Source: Octopus sinensis (lineage: Eukaryota). From it: a stretch of 10,999 nt of DNA. How positions within the stretch are numbered: position 1 is the stretch's first letter; the number at the start of each line of letters is the position of its first letter. The DNA lies in the NCBI RefSeq assembly GCF_006345805.1, contig NW_021827173.1:1-10999 (forward strand), read 5' to 3'. Both the position numbers and the translations under genes were made by a program. This document shows, in pieces, positions 1 to 8,343 of this stretch. The notes below the pieces were generated by a model. The model saw only the letters and a list, made by a program, of their open reading frames with translations, made no database searches and had not been told where the DNA came from.

Positions 1-14
1 ATATACTCATGAGC

Positions 15-52
15 ATGTATGTATGTATGTATGTATGTATGCATGTATGTAT
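15..52. repeat. (TATG)n microsatellite
   Basis: Direct reading. Confidence 0.9.
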
Positions 53-203
53 ACGTACTTATACTTTGTATAAAATTTATGTCTGTGTGAGTGCATGTAT
101 ATACATATACAACCATATATACGTACGTATACGTTCCTATATAGATACACGTAACCTGTATAGTACCCGTACAAACGGGGCTCATTTTGCTGTTTCTCCG
201 TAG

Positions 204-327
204 ACTGAAAGACATGATGAATGGCCTAATTCGATTTTCGAATCATATTGGATTCTCATCAGTGACGTCTACATCAGTTTGGCCAATTCCAGAGAAACAA
301 CCAGCTACAGAAAACTGGCCGCTACTG
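204..327 (+). CDS. Candidate internal exon A of an unidentified gene
   Basis: Acceptor ttttgctgtttctccgtag|, possible donor CTG|gtttgc. Open in two frames: TERHDEWPNSIFESYWILISDVYISLANSRETTSYRKLAAT or LKDMMNGLIRFSNH...WPLL. No homology recognised. Confidence 0.4.
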
Positions 328-338
328 GTTTGCATACT

Positions 339-715
339 GCACGTGGCTGAAAAAGCTTGCTTCCAAACCACATGGTTCTGGGTTCAGTCCCACTGCGTGG
401 CACCTTCGACAGGTGTTTTTTACTATTGCCTAGGGTCGACCAAAGCCTTATGAGTGTATTTGGTAGACGGACACTGAAAGAAGCCTGTCGTATATATATA
501 TAAATTTGTGTGCTTGAGTGTCTGTGTTTGTCCCCGACCATCGCTTGACAACCGAAGTTGGTGTGTTGACGTTATTGCAACTTAGCGGATCGACAAAATA
601 GACCGATAGAATAAGTACTAGGCTTACAAAGAATAAGTTCCGAGGTTCATTTATTCGACTAAAGATGGTGCTCCAGCAGTCCAAATGACTGAAACAAGTA
701 AAATAATGAAATAAA
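339..715 (+). mobile_element. tRNA-derived SINE, family 1, copy A (5'-degraded)
   Basis: B-box-like GGTTCAGTCCC at 381-391. Shares the blocks CCACATGGTT..GGTTCAG, AAAGCCTT.TGAGT..ATTTGGTAGACGG..ACTGAAA, GATAGAATAAGTACT and ACTGAAACAAGTAAAA with 833-1306 and 9803-10312. Resembles octopus SINEs from memory. Confidence 0.88.
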
Positions 716-832
<117 letters not shown>

Positions 833-1029
833 GGCGCAGGAGTGGCGTGGTGGGTAAGTAGCTTGTTACCAACCACATGGTTCCGGGTTCAGTCCCACTG
901 CGTGGCCCATGATGGCAATTGTCTGCTACTTATAACCTCCTCGGCCGACCAAAGCCTTGTGAGTGGATTTGGTAGACGGAAACTGAAAAGAGTCCCGTCG
1001 TATATATGTATATAATATATAAGATATAT

Positions 1030-1066
<37 letters not shown>

Positions 1067-1306
1067 TGTGTGTGTTTTTGTGTCTCTCTGTGTCCTTGTC
1101 CCCTAACCACATATTGCTTGACACCGATGCTGTGTGGTGTATTTATGGCCCCCGTTACTTATCGGTTCGGCAAAAGAGACGATAGAATAAGTACTGGGCT
1201 TACAAAGAATAAGTCCCGGGTCGAGTTCTCGATTAAAGGCGGTGCTTCCAGCATGGCGCAGTCAAATTACTGAAACAAGTAAAAGAGTAAGAGTAAGAGT
1301 AAAGAG
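833..1306 (+). mobile_element. tRNA-derived SINE, family 1, copy B (near full length)
   Basis: Starts GGCGCAGGAGTGGCG (A-box region), B-box-like GGTTCAGTCCC at 886-896, internal (TA)n(TG)n at 1001-1098, (GAGTAA)n tail ending 1306. Collinear with copies A and C. Confidence 0.92.
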
Positions 1307-1350
1307 TATATATATAATATATATATTATATATATATAATATATATATAT
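1307..1350. repeat. Interrupted (TA)n after SINE copy B
   Basis: Direct reading. Confidence 0.9.
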
Positions 1351-1515
1351 ACGAATTTTGGATTTAGACCAATAATGAAAACCAAACTATATTCTAGTTT
1401 TAACCTTTTTATTAGTATTGTTTTTCATATTTTCGCATGAATCCCATATAACTCATTTGGAACCGTGAAGTTTGTTAAATCTATCATCACCATCAATGTT
1501 TCTAGACTCTCTCAG

Positions 1516-1572
1516 CCTCAGTATCAGGATGTGGAATGTTATTTACATGTTTAATTGCTCCTTTTATGGAAG
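1516..1572 (+). CDS. Candidate exon B (alternative acceptor gives start at 1506)
   Basis: Acceptors gtttctag| (1505) and ctctctcag| (1515), donor AAG|gtaact. 57 nt, phase 1-1, encoding the hydrophobic SVSGCGMLFTCLIAPFME. Confidence 0.35.
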
Positions 1573-1995
1573 GTAACTATGATTTCTGCAGATATTATCA
1601 TTTGATTTGTTTAGTTACTATAACCAAAATTTCAAATTTAATCATTAGATCTATTCATCATAAGTCACTTATTTCTTTAGTTTTTGTCTTGTGGAAGCTC
1701 TCAAATGTGTTTATTTTTGTACAGTGCTGAGTTATAATAATGCTTCCAACAAAAATTATTTATTTTGTGGAAAACTTTTCGTAGTATTAATGTGTTGTCT
1801 ACTAATATTTTCCTACCTAGTTCTTTTTTTCTGAGGTGGGGAAAAAATTATCGTTTTTCTTTCAACTTATGGTAGAAATAAAATTTGAATGAAAAGTTGT
1901 TTGGCTACTCTTTCTAGCATATCGCATGACCATGTGCACTTTTGCCTTTCAAAATATGATTGAATTTAATATCATGCGCAGAAAGATGGGGCCTG

Positions 1996-2009
1996 TATAT
2001 ATATATATA

Positions 2010-2049
<40 letters not shown>
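1996..2049. repeat. Interrupted (TA)n
   Basis: Direct reading. Confidence 0.9.
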
Positions 2050-2050
<1 letters not shown>

Positions 2051-2096
2051 AGATGATGATTTTTGAATGCTTCAAATCTATTTATGATGTATTCAT

Positions 2097-2108
2097 AAAT
2101 GCATGCAC

Positions 2109-2162
<54 letters not shown>

Positions 2163-2174
2163 GTGCATGCATTT
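2097..2174. repeat. Perfect 78-bp palindrome: 14-bp inverted arms around (TA)25
   Basis: AAATGCATGCACAT-(TA)25-ATGTGCATGCATTT, checked base by base. Confidence 0.95.
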
Positions 2175-2189
2175 TTCTCTCCCAATATA

Positions 2190-3426
2190 CAGGGGTTGGA
2201 CAAAATAAACGAAACACCTTAAAATTTCTAACAAATTTATTTTAATATGGGGTAGGACGGCTTTTGGCAGTAATTACAGCTTGAATTCTACGAGCTATGG
2301 ATTCGTACAAAGTTTGAATTGTCTCCAAACGAATTTTTGTCCATTCTTCAGCTAAAAGAGTTTCCAGTTCTTGTAGTGATGATGGTGGAGGATATCCTTA
2401 CTTGTTTTTCTAAAATGCATCATAAATGTTCAATAATATTGAGATCTGGGGACTGTGGTGACTAGATAAGATGCTCAACTTCACTAGAATGTTCCTCGTA
2501 CTATTCAGTAACAACTTTAGCTGTGTGAATTGGTGCATTATCATCCTGAAAGATTACGTTTCCCTCCAGAAGCATATCTGCTACCATAGGATGCATTTGA
2601 TCAGATAAAATGTTTAAATAGTCTTGACTATTAATTCTGCCATGGTTAGCGGATTTCCAAGATATAGCCACCCAGATCATTACAGATCTTCCTTCTGTTT
2701 AACAGTAGGAAGAAGGCGGTCTGGATCAAATGCTTCTTTTGGCTGTCTCCACACGTATACTTGGCCGTTGGTTGGAAATGAGGTAAAGGATGTCTCGTCC
2801 GAGAAAATAACATACTTCCACTGCTCTAGGGACCAATTCTTTAGGTTTTTATTCCACTCTAAACGCTTTGCAATGTTTGTTTTTGAAAGTAGTGGATTTC
2901 TGATTGCAGCCCTTCCATGAAATCCGGCTTTGTGCAGCTCTCGGTGAACAGTTTTTGTGAAACTGAGTTCTGGAGGTGGTCATTAAGCTCTGCAGTAATT
3001 TTGGGATCTGTACTTTTGTGATCCTTTCTAACTATTTGCGTAAGAGGCCGACGGTCCCTATCAGAAAGTTTTGGTTTTATTCCGGAGTTTTGTTTCGACG
3101 AGGAGGTTTTTTCCCTCTTTCTCAAAGGCTGTCATTACTTTCAAGATAGTACTTCTTGATACACTAATCATTTCGGCTGTTTTCGTTACACTAGCACCTG
3201 CCATACGAACACCAACAATTTGATGTCTTTGAAATGCCAATAGATTTGTCATTTTAATGAATTTTAATTACCTTTTTCTGATGATATCTGAAAAGAAACA
3301 TCAATTTTAGCAAAACATATTAAGCAACACCTATAATAAATCAAAAAATGTAAAAATAAACAAGATTTTGACGGTTATATAGATATTTCAAAATTATGAT
3401 GCTATGATGCTAGGTGTTTCCATTAT
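2190..3426 (-). mobile_element. Tc1/mariner DNA transposon, DD36E (Incomer-like), decayed, right TIR truncated
   Basis: TA at 2188-2189 precedes the left TIR CAGGGGTTGGACAAAATAAACGAAACACCT (2190-2219). The right end AGGTGTTTCCATTAT (3412-3426) is the reverse complement of the inner TIR half (13/15 match). A transposase pseudogene lies inside, with AATAAA on the minus strand at 2236-2241 right after its stop. Confidence 0.93.
2242..3252 (-). pseudogene. Tc1-family transposase pseudogene (HTH DNA-binding domain + DD36E catalytic domain)
   Basis: Manual minus-strand translation gives MTNLLAFQRHQIVGVRMAGASVTKTAE..., then ELHKAGFHGRAAIRNPLL, WKYVIFSDETSF (D1 2797-2799), VYVWRQPKEAFDP, FQDDNAPIHTA (D2 2540-2542), SPDLNIIE (E 2429-2431) and LYESIARRIQAVITAKSRPTPY* (TAA 2242-2244). 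There are frameshifts near 3108, 2958, 2696 and 2398, and stops at 2501-2503, 2462-2464 and 2420-2422. Confidence 0.93.
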
Positions 3427-3437
3427 ATATATATATA

Positions 3438-3570
3438 GGGAAAGTTTACGAAAAAAAACAAAAGACGAAGACAGGTGGTGTACAAAACAAACAGATGTAT
3501 TAGTATAGCGCTCAGGAATAGAAAAAGTCTTTTACGTTTCGAGCCTACGCTCTTCTACAGAAAGGGACAG
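3438..3570 (-). mobile_element. Penelope-like element terminal-repeat remnant, copy 1, with hammerhead-like motif
   Basis: Minus strand reads CTTT-CTGTAGA-A-GAGC-GTAG-GCTC-GAAAC-GTA-AAAG, then CCTGAGCG..ACTAATAC and a (TA)n tail. The same blocks occur at 9180-9334. The PLE assignment is inferred from the known PLE-hammerhead association; no RT or GIY-YIG ORF is seen. Confidence 0.6.
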
Positions 3571-3634
3571 AGAAAAAACAAGGAGAGAAACAAGGAGAGA
3601 AAAAAGAGAGAAAAAAAGGAGAGAAACAATAGTT

Positions 3635-3752
3635 GAAATTTATAGAAAGACAAAAAGAAACGAAGACAGGTGTATGAACAGGTGTATTAGTTCGACGATC
3701 GGGAAAAATGAAAAAGTCTTTTATATTTCGCGCCTACGTTTCTCAACAAGAA
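3635..3752 (-). mobile_element. Tandem, more degenerate copy 2 of the same terminal repeat
   Basis: Repeats ACGAAGACAGGTG, TGTATTAGT, GAAAAAGTCTTTTA and TTTCG.GCCTACG from 3438-3570 in the same orientation. Confidence 0.65.
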
Positions 3753-3829
3753 TGAATAATAGAAAATAAATACAAAGAGAATGAAAAAAAACAACTTGTT
3801 GAGTTCAGTGGCCCAACATGCATATTTTG

Positions 3830-3860
3830 TATATATACATGCATATATATATATATACAT

Positions 3861-3893
<33 letters not shown>

Positions 3894-4015
3894 GATATGT
3901 ATATATGTATATATGTATACGTATATATGTATGTATATGTATGTGTATGTGTGTGTTTGTATGTGTGCATGTATGTGCGTATGTATCTATACATACATAC
4001 ACCTATAGACATGTA
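3830..4015. repeat. Compound (TA)/(CA)/(TATG)/(TG) microsatellite
   Basis: Direct reading. Confidence 0.9.
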
Positions 4016-4154
4016 TCTTTCAAAGTTACATACGTTTGTGTACTGTTTTATGTTTATATTTATGATTTCATATCTGATGTGTTTCATATAAGATCTATGT
4101 CTATATGCAAGTATTTGATACTTAAGCATATCATTACACGCTCTCTCGAACCTC

Positions 4155-4186
<32 letters not shown>
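4155..4186. repeat. (CT)n(CA)n microsatellite
   Basis: Direct reading. Confidence 0.9.
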
Positions 4187-4189
<3 letters not shown>

Positions 4190-4487
4190 CTTGTACAAAC
4201 ATCTATATATGTATTTATATATTTGTATGAATTTAGTGGTTGATTATATTGCTGTACACACGTTCACGCGCAAATACGTACGTATATATATATGCATGTA
4301 CATATTTGTATCATGTATATAATGTATGTACGTATGTCTGTATATATGTATGTTAACGTGTAAGTCTCAATGCGTATTTGTATATGCGTATCTCATTCCT
4401 ATAAATCTGGGTCTGTGAGATTTACTGATATGCATGTGTTAGTTATGTATAAACTAAAGGACAACTTTGGCATATAAATACATGTAT

Positions 4488-4552
<65 letters not shown>

Positions 4553-4564
4553 CATCACCATCAC

Positions 4565-4596
<32 letters not shown>

Positions 4597-4601
4597 CCAC
4601 C

Positions 4602-4635
<34 letters not shown>

Positions 4636-4745
4636 TCATCATCCTCCTCATCATCATCATCATCATCATCAACATTATCATCATCATCATCACCACCACC
4701 ACCATCATCATCATCATCACCACCATCATCATCATCACCACCATC
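4488..4745. repeat. (ATC)n array with ACC interruptions
   Basis: Direct reading. It produces the poly-I, poly-M and poly-D ORF artefacts. Confidence 0.97.
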
Positions 4746-4844
4746 GATTTGTTTCATAAGTTTTTTTTCTTCTAATTGTCGCATGAGTGTTTTTCAAAGT
4801 TTTTGATATTGTATACAAGTTTGTAAATATCTTATACCATGTGC

Positions 4845-5041
4845 TTACATATGCACACATACACATATACACAATTATAGACATAGAAATATCAGCCTAC
4901 AAACACACACATACAAACAATATACATTTATAACCATATACTTATTTGTCTATATAATTATATATAGTGACACAAGTACACACACACCACACAGATACAT
5001 AATTATACATGTACATATACCTTACTGTATAAATGTGTGTG

Positions 5042-5104
<63 letters not shown>

Positions 5105-5277
5105 CATATATACATAACTACACATTTAGACATTCGAGCATCGACATATGCATATATACATACATTCAGATATGTATATATGTATAACTATATATATGTG
5201 TGTGTATGTATATATATTTATATTATATATATACACACACATATAGAGTTATATATATGCATGTCTGTGTATATATG

Positions 5278-5332
<55 letters not shown>

Positions 5333-5410
5333 CACATGCAAGCATAAAACACACACACACACACACACACAGGTACACGCATACATACATGTATACAGAT
5401 ACATACACGA
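4845..5410. repeat. Degenerate compound (TA)/(CA)/(TG) region
   Basis: Includes (TA)n blocks near 5047-5100 and 5281-5326 and (CA)n near 5350-5370. Confidence 0.85.
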
Positions 5411-5717
5411 CGTCGGTGTGGTTTGGGTGTTGAATCTACATATGTTAGTCTATGTATAGTGTCACTTCAGCAGTATCAAAAGGCCAGTTAGTGACCATAT
5501 CTCTTCACATCTTGCCAACATTCATCCGTACAGTCTCATTGGAGCCGAGTTTTGTGATCTTCTATGTATTTGTTTTGCTTCCTTCTCTCTAAGGAGACAA
5601 GACTTTACTAAAACTTGTGTTAGGGTCTCGCTATCTGATGTTTGCCCTCTCGATATCTGATACCTATGGTTTGTGTGAATATATAAGTTGCGGATATGCT
5701 CGCATTTATGCATAGAG

Positions 5718-6220
5718 GCGCACGCACGCACAGGCACAGATGCGCGCGAATACACACACACACACACACACACGCCTCTGTAAGTGTGTGTGTTTGTGTG
5801 TGTGTATATATATATATATGCATATATATACTACAGTGAGTTTGTGCATATAAACATACGTATGTAAACACAGACAGACACGTGCACCCACATATGCATA
5901 TATATATATATAAATATATTTATATATTATAGATATGTATATAGACAATATATATATACAGGCAAATATGTATACATAAACACAAATAATCTATATCTAT
6001 CCATTTTCTCCCCCCCTCTCTATATACATACACACATATATACATATATATACATACACCCACATACGCACACACACACATATATATACACAATTGTACA
6101 CATATGTATATATATACATACATACATATATATGTATATATATATATATATACATATATATTTGTTTGTGTGTATTTACGTACACGCACACACACATATA
6201 CACAGTTTTTTTGTATATAT
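5718..6220. repeat. Degenerate alternating purine-pyrimidine repeat region
   Basis: Direct reading. Includes the (CA)n/(TG)n fold-back at 5750-5807. Confidence 0.85.
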
Positions 6221-6379
6221 ACGCATCTATGTTCTATGAGAGCGTTCGTGATTCCTCTGCCACTCTCTATGTATTTATGCGGTAGTATTTTGTGATCATT
6301 AAATTACGTAGTTGCGTATATATTATATATACACATCTTAAATAAAAGTTCGTATATGCTCGTATGTATGTGTTCGTAG

Positions 6380-6438
6380 GTGTCAGACGTTGGTACTACA
6401 TGTACGAGCCGTCTCAGTTAACGAGCGCATCCCATAAG
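6380..6438 (+). CDS. Candidate exon C
   Basis: Acceptor gtgttcgtag|, donor AAG|gtcagt. Only one frame is open (phase 1-0): VRRWYYMYEPSQLTSASHK. Lies in a GC-richer non-repetitive island. Confidence 0.35.
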
Positions 6439-6629
6439 GTCAGTTTTGCTGGTGGTTCCTTCGACGAAGGATTTCCGTGGACGTAAATCTATTTATGTCC
6501 GACCTGGTCCATTGGCTCTCCGATTCTCCTCTCCGAGCTTTGATTCTATACGACTTGCTGCACCATAATCTCAACAAATTAAAGAAATGGGTTCTAATAT
6601 GTTCTGGAGACATCTTTCAATACTAGCAT

Positions 6630-6787
6630 AAAATTTTGGCTCAAGGCCAATTTCGGTACTTATTTTATCGACCCTGAAGCTATGTAAGGCAAAATCGACC
6701 CTGGTGGCATTCGAACTCACAAAGTAAAGTCGGAAGAAATGCAGCTGTGTATTTTGTCCGGTTCTGTGACGATTCTACCAGTCTCCG
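6630..6787 (-). mobile_element. tRNA-derived SINE, family 2, diverged copy with internal deletion
   Basis: Minus strand reads CGGAGACTGGTAGAATCG (A-box-like) ... GAGTTCGAATGCC (B-box) ... GGGTCGATTTTGCCTTACATAGCTTCAGGGTCGATAAAATAAGTACC, which aligns to 8344-8448. Confidence 0.8.
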
Positions 6788-6941
6788 TTTTGAAGGTGGA
6801 AAATATCAAGATTTCAAGAGTTAAAGACATCGTATTTTGCTTGGCTCGTTTGAAATTTGTCTTTGATAAGGATTTTGACTCAAATTGTGGGATGATTGGA
6901 GCAGTATGGTTGTAATAGTTCTAAGAAAGTTTCTGGTGTAG

Positions 6942-6963
6942 GGTAAAGATGAGAAATATACAG
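6942..6963 (+). CDS. Candidate 22-nt microexon X
   Basis: tttctggtgtag|GGTAAAGATGAGAAATATACAG|gtacgg, phase 0-1, encoding GKDEKYT. It bridges the phases of exons C and D. Confidence 0.25.
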
Positions 6964-7048
6964 GTACGGAAGAAACGAGGGAAAATGGTGGCCAGCTATC
7001 TGTCTTCGTAACAGAAGGATAATGTAACAACAGTGGTCTGATGATGGT

Positions 7049-7256
7049 GAAGAAGAAGAAGAAGAAGAAGAAGAAGAAGAAGAAGAAGAAGAAGAAGAAT
7101 AGATGTGATGATGATGATGATGATGACGACGACGACAACAGTCGACAACGGTAACAACGAAGTTGATGACAACGCCGGCAACAGCGACATCGATGATGAC
7201 GGTTCTATTACTGCTGCTGCTAATGACGACGACGACGACGACGACGACGACGATAG

Positions 7257-7317
<61 letters not shown>

Positions 7318-7335
7318 GAGGAGGAGGAAGATGAC

Positions 7336-7371
<36 letters not shown>

Positions 7372-7378
7372 AATGATA
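7049..7378. repeat. Compound trinucleotide array: (GAA)17 then (GAT)n/(GAC)n/(GAG)n
   Basis: (GAA)17 at 7049-7099, then GAT/GAC blocks to 7378. Confidence 0.95.
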
Positions 7379-7394
7379 TGTGCTGCGGATTGAC

Positions 7395-7605
7395 GTTAAT
7401 GTTGTCTAGACTCTCGCCGATTCTGATCGAAACAAACCTGTGATCAAAAAGGTGTACTGACCGTGGCCATACCATCTTCTCGGGTGTAGTTTATCTCAGA
7501 TTAGAAGATCGAATATATCCTTCTACATTTCAATAAGAGTGTAAGCTGTACGATTTCAAATGGATTCAACTGCTAGTTCTAGTAGATCAAGAGCCATTCG
7601 TGGTG
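7395..7605 (+). repeat. Probable degenerate interspersed repeat of unknown class
   Basis: CTGATCGAAACAAACCTGTGATCAAA...CTGCTAGTTCTAGTAGATCAAG resembles a recurrent cephalopod repeat from memory only. There is no second copy in the window. Confidence 0.3.
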
Positions 7606-7709
7606 TTGGTGGTGGGGAGGCTTCTTATGTTGTAGTGGGTGCTAATAGGGTTCGTGTGAGACGTAGATGGTCTCTGTCGGTCGGGGTTAGCCACAGGTGA
7701 AAAGGTGAA

Positions 7710-7815
7710 GAGGTGAGAGTGAGGGAGAAAGAGAGTGAGTGTGTGTGTGAGATAGAGATAGATAGATAGATAGATAGATAGAGAGAGAGAAAGAGAGGGA
7801 GAGAGAGAGAGAGAG
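7710..7815. repeat. Purine-rich (GA)n/(GT)n/(GATA)n tract
   Basis: (GATA)6 at 7757-7780, followed by (GA)n. Confidence 0.9.
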
Positions 7816-7947
7816 TAAATGAGAGTGAGAAACATATGCGCCTGTTTCTAAGATGTTTGTTTCTCTTGTAAACACCATGCAGATCGGAATGTATGGTTAA
7901 TGATAATTAACTAAAAACAGACATACTTAAGAATATGTACAGACTGC

Positions 7948-8003
7948 TTGTGTGTGTGTGCATGTGTGTGTGTGTGTGGTGTGTGTGTGTGTGTGTGTGT
8001 GTG
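7948..8003. repeat. (TG)n microsatellite
   Basis: Direct reading. Confidence 0.92.
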
Positions 8004-8207
8004 TTGTGTCTTTTTTTTACATATAGATGTATCTGTATGAACGCAGTCATGTTGCATATGTAAGATAGCGTTCGGTCTGGTTGTTTATATTTGTGCCATG
8101 ATACATATGTTGATATTTTCTCGGTTTCTATCCACATATTTATATATCTGTTTATCTAAACGTGAACAACAGCGTCGTTATTTGTGGGTTTCTAATGTTT
8201 CATTCAG

Positions 8208-8245
8208 TGATATACTGGATTTCTGGTGGCCAGAGTGACAGAGAA
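8208..8245 (+). CDS. Candidate exon D
   Basis: Acceptor tttctaatgtttcattcag| with a CTAAT branch-like site, donor GAA|gtgaga. Phase 1-0, encoding (V)IYWISGGQSDRE. Confidence 0.35.
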
Positions 8246-8343
8246 GTGAGAGTCCTCCAGTTCAGTTCCAATCCAAGGAACTAATATTGCAAAGTGTTTT
8301 TTTTTTTCCCAAAGAGCACTGATTTTCTTTTTCGGTTTTCACT

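Noticed and set aside
833-910. tRNA gene
   Set aside because: The A/B boxes continue into a SINE body shared by three copies, and there is no intact cloverleaf.
2420-2503. All three transposase nonsense codons replace Trp (TGG to TAG/TGA), suggesting targeted G-to-A hypermutation
   Set aside because: Trp codons become stops by a single transition, most other Trp codons are intact, and three events are too few.
2624-2920. 98-aa + strand ORF
   Set aside because: It is antisense to the transposase core, a common by-product.
3687-4243. Long Y/I/C/V/H/T-rich ORFs here and at 4942-6295, 9289-10291 and 10635-10975
   Set aside because: These are translations of (TA), (CA), (TATG) and (TATC) repeats with no protein-like complexity.
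4443-4784. Poly-D, poly-M and poly-I ORFs
   Set aside because: All are frames of the (ATC)n array, which lacks stop codons in most frames.
5515-5665. Possible exon or ORF in a unique island (LIGAEFCDLLCICFASF...)
   Set aside because: No convincing donor or recognisable homology, and it is not needed for the phase chain.
7105-7443. Asp-rich ORF resembling acidic mollusc biomineralisation proteins
   Set aside because: It is a GAT/GAC microsatellite with no signal peptide or clear splice context. An equivalent array lies on the other strand at 4488-4745, so the ORF is a repeat artefact.
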